From Macrostomum hystrix (taxonomy: Eukaryota; Animalia; Platyhelminthes), in contig CATNEN010000033.1 in NCBI GenBank assembly GCA_950097015.1, forward strand, positions 434,001 through 498,000: a DNA stretch of 64,000 nt, written 5' to 3'. Below, one piece after another: positions 62,151 to 64,000 of the stretch. The number at the start of each line of letters is the position of its first letter. Within the stretch, counting starts at the first letter, position 1. The position numbers and the translations under genes were made by a program. Under the pieces are notes generated by a model. It saw nothing but the letters and a program-made list of their open reading frames with translations. It was not told the origin of the DNA and made no database searches.

Positions 62151-62969
62151 TGGCGACAAGTTCTAGCAGCAGTTCTAGGTATGTTTTTTTATCGCATTTA
62201 TATTTATTGCTGCTGCAAGCTAGTCCCAGGATCACGCTCGAGAAAGATTGTGTCGCAACTACATTAGGCTTTACTGTTTGCTGTTGCAAGGTTCTGCACC
62301 GGAGGGGAAGTTTGAAAAAAGAAAGAATGGAGCAGATCGGATATTCACTAACAGGGAGGCACTGTTGGTAGTACAATAATAGGCCTGCCATTGTACCACG
62401 AACAAAAAAATGCAAAAAGCAGAAACAGAAGGTAAAATAATCTGTTGGATGGGAGCTGGAGTGAGTCGGAAACAGTTTTGTGTCCCGAGACGGACCAGCT
62501 GGCTTTGCCTCACGACCTTTACGAGCAGGCAGACTCAGCACTCCAGTCCTTCTACTTGCCGGCGAACTGTTATACTAAACATGCTGACAGAAGGCCGACA
62601 ACCGGGGTCGCAATAATGCACAGGCCCTGGTGGCTAAATGTCCCAGTTTTGAACCCAAAGTTTCATAATACCGAGCCTAAACACACATACTTTTGCCGTC
62701 AGCTCTTGCTTCTCAACTCGTTGACTCACTCGTATTTACAGTACGAGTAATTGAGACGAAATATTCAATACTGTTTTCACGAGCAACAACAAAACATGTC
62801 AACAAAAGCATCTATACTCGCGATACGGTCATGTAAGGCTTGCATCAAATGCGCACATGGTTAGGGTGGCGGTGGGGTGGGTGACAGCACTTCATTTCAA
62901 TCATTTCATGATTAATTTAACATGTTTACTGCACTTGGTGCCTTGATTATGAGCCAGGGCCTACGGAAG

Positions 62970-63052
62970 AGTGACGTTTTGCGCGTCACTGACGTTAGTT
63001 GCTATTTTTAGAAACCACGTGATTCCACGTGCAAGGTCCCTGCCTATATAAG
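62970..63052 (+). promoter_or_regulatory. Promoter-like motif cluster: TGACGT x2, MEF2-type CTATTTTTAG, CACGTG x2, TATATAAG
   Basis: The motifs are read directly within about 85 bp and end in a TATA box at 63045. The downstream gene is not resolved. Confidence 0.4.
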
Positions 63053-63158
63053 AAGCACCGCTTCCTCGCTCCTCTTCATGAGTTTGTTTCATTCTAAAGA
63101 TTCAACTCCAGTTTGTGTCATATGTGCTATCGGTGTTCGAGTTCCCTGCATCTGTCTC

Positions 63159-63160
<2 letters not shown>

Positions 63161-63196
<36 letters not shown>
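63161..63196. repeat. (TG)n microsatellite
   Basis: Directly visible. Confidence 0.95.
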
Positions 63197-63197
<1 letters not shown>

Positions 63198-64000
63198 TTG
63201 CAAGCTCCGTTCTGGCTAAGTCCCGAAACAAACGTTGCCTTCCATCCTCACTGGAGCTACCCAGGACTCTGATAGTCTGACTGTGCCTGGAAATCAGCAC
63301 GGTGTGCGACTCTCGAGACTTCTTGGCTTCATCCTTTCGGGCCAAGGACCCTTCACCTCACCGAAGGCCAAAGACCTGACGCCCTGGTGGCAGTACTACT
63401 ACGCAACATTTGACTTCACATTGGAGTCTACCGGATCCCGCAGTGTTCAGCAGGACAGCCGGTACAACAATATAGATTTCTGCCCAACGCTTCTTCGTCG
63501 TTGTCAATTTAGAATAACAAAAATGCAAAGCAAATCATATAAAGGGCAGAGAGAACTACAAGACGCTGATCTAAGCATGAAGCTAGAGAAAATTAATTGA
63601 GTAAGTCTCATAAAAAATCTACTGATTCATCTAGACACGGATGGAATTACGGTATTACCTTATTCTATTCATTTAGTAAGTTTTTGTCTGGTAATAAAAC
63701 AAGACGAAGACCACTAGTTAAGTAACATACTGGAGTTTTCCACTTAGTTCTTACAAAAAAAAATCGATTTGTGATATAGCTCGATCGTACGAGGCACTAC
63801 AAGAGTGTTTTAAACTAAACTATTGATCTGTACGAAATCTTATGCTATCGTCCAAATAGACTTTTCAAAGTGCATTAAAGTATTTAGCCAGCAGCAGTTT
63901 AGAAAGGTTCAACTGGTCGTTACGCACAGCAGCTCAGCTGGCAATCCATACATCGCTGGAATCGCCGCCTCTCATAGCAGCAAATCGGCTGAGCCGGCAG

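Overview
Eukaryotic (metazoan) genomic DNA: GC-rich exons sit in repeat-laden introns. The style suggests a free-living flatworm such as Macrostomum, which is an inference and not verified. Genes reconstructed by hand from splice sites and protein similarity: (1) the last exon of a universal stress protein gene (+); (2) a 2-exon 104-aa secreted protein of unknown family (+); (3) a complete 5-exon PP6 regulatory ankyrin-repeat subunit (ANKRD28/44/52 family, -, about 1069 aa, with a GC-AG first intron); (4) a 16-exon CC2D2A/MKS6 orthologue (-, about 1622 codons) whose first visible exon has a splice acceptor but no ATG; (5) a tandem array of seven 2-exon genes (-, 45-62 kb) for small secreted WSC + PAN/Apple-like proteins, six intact and one frameshifted. 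Non-coding DNA includes a different minisatellite in many introns, a 5.3-kb 21-bp satellite with ~956-bp higher-order structure, a tRNA-derived SINE family (some copies strongly CpG-decayed), three MITEs, a decayed SAP-gag DIRS/Ngaro-like retroelement and LINE fragments. Most long ORFs in the supplied track are artefacts of tandem repeats. The strongest novelty candidates are the WSC-PAN array, the possible spliced-leader-supplied start codon with an operon-like CC2D2A-ANKRD pair, and the orphan secreted protein.
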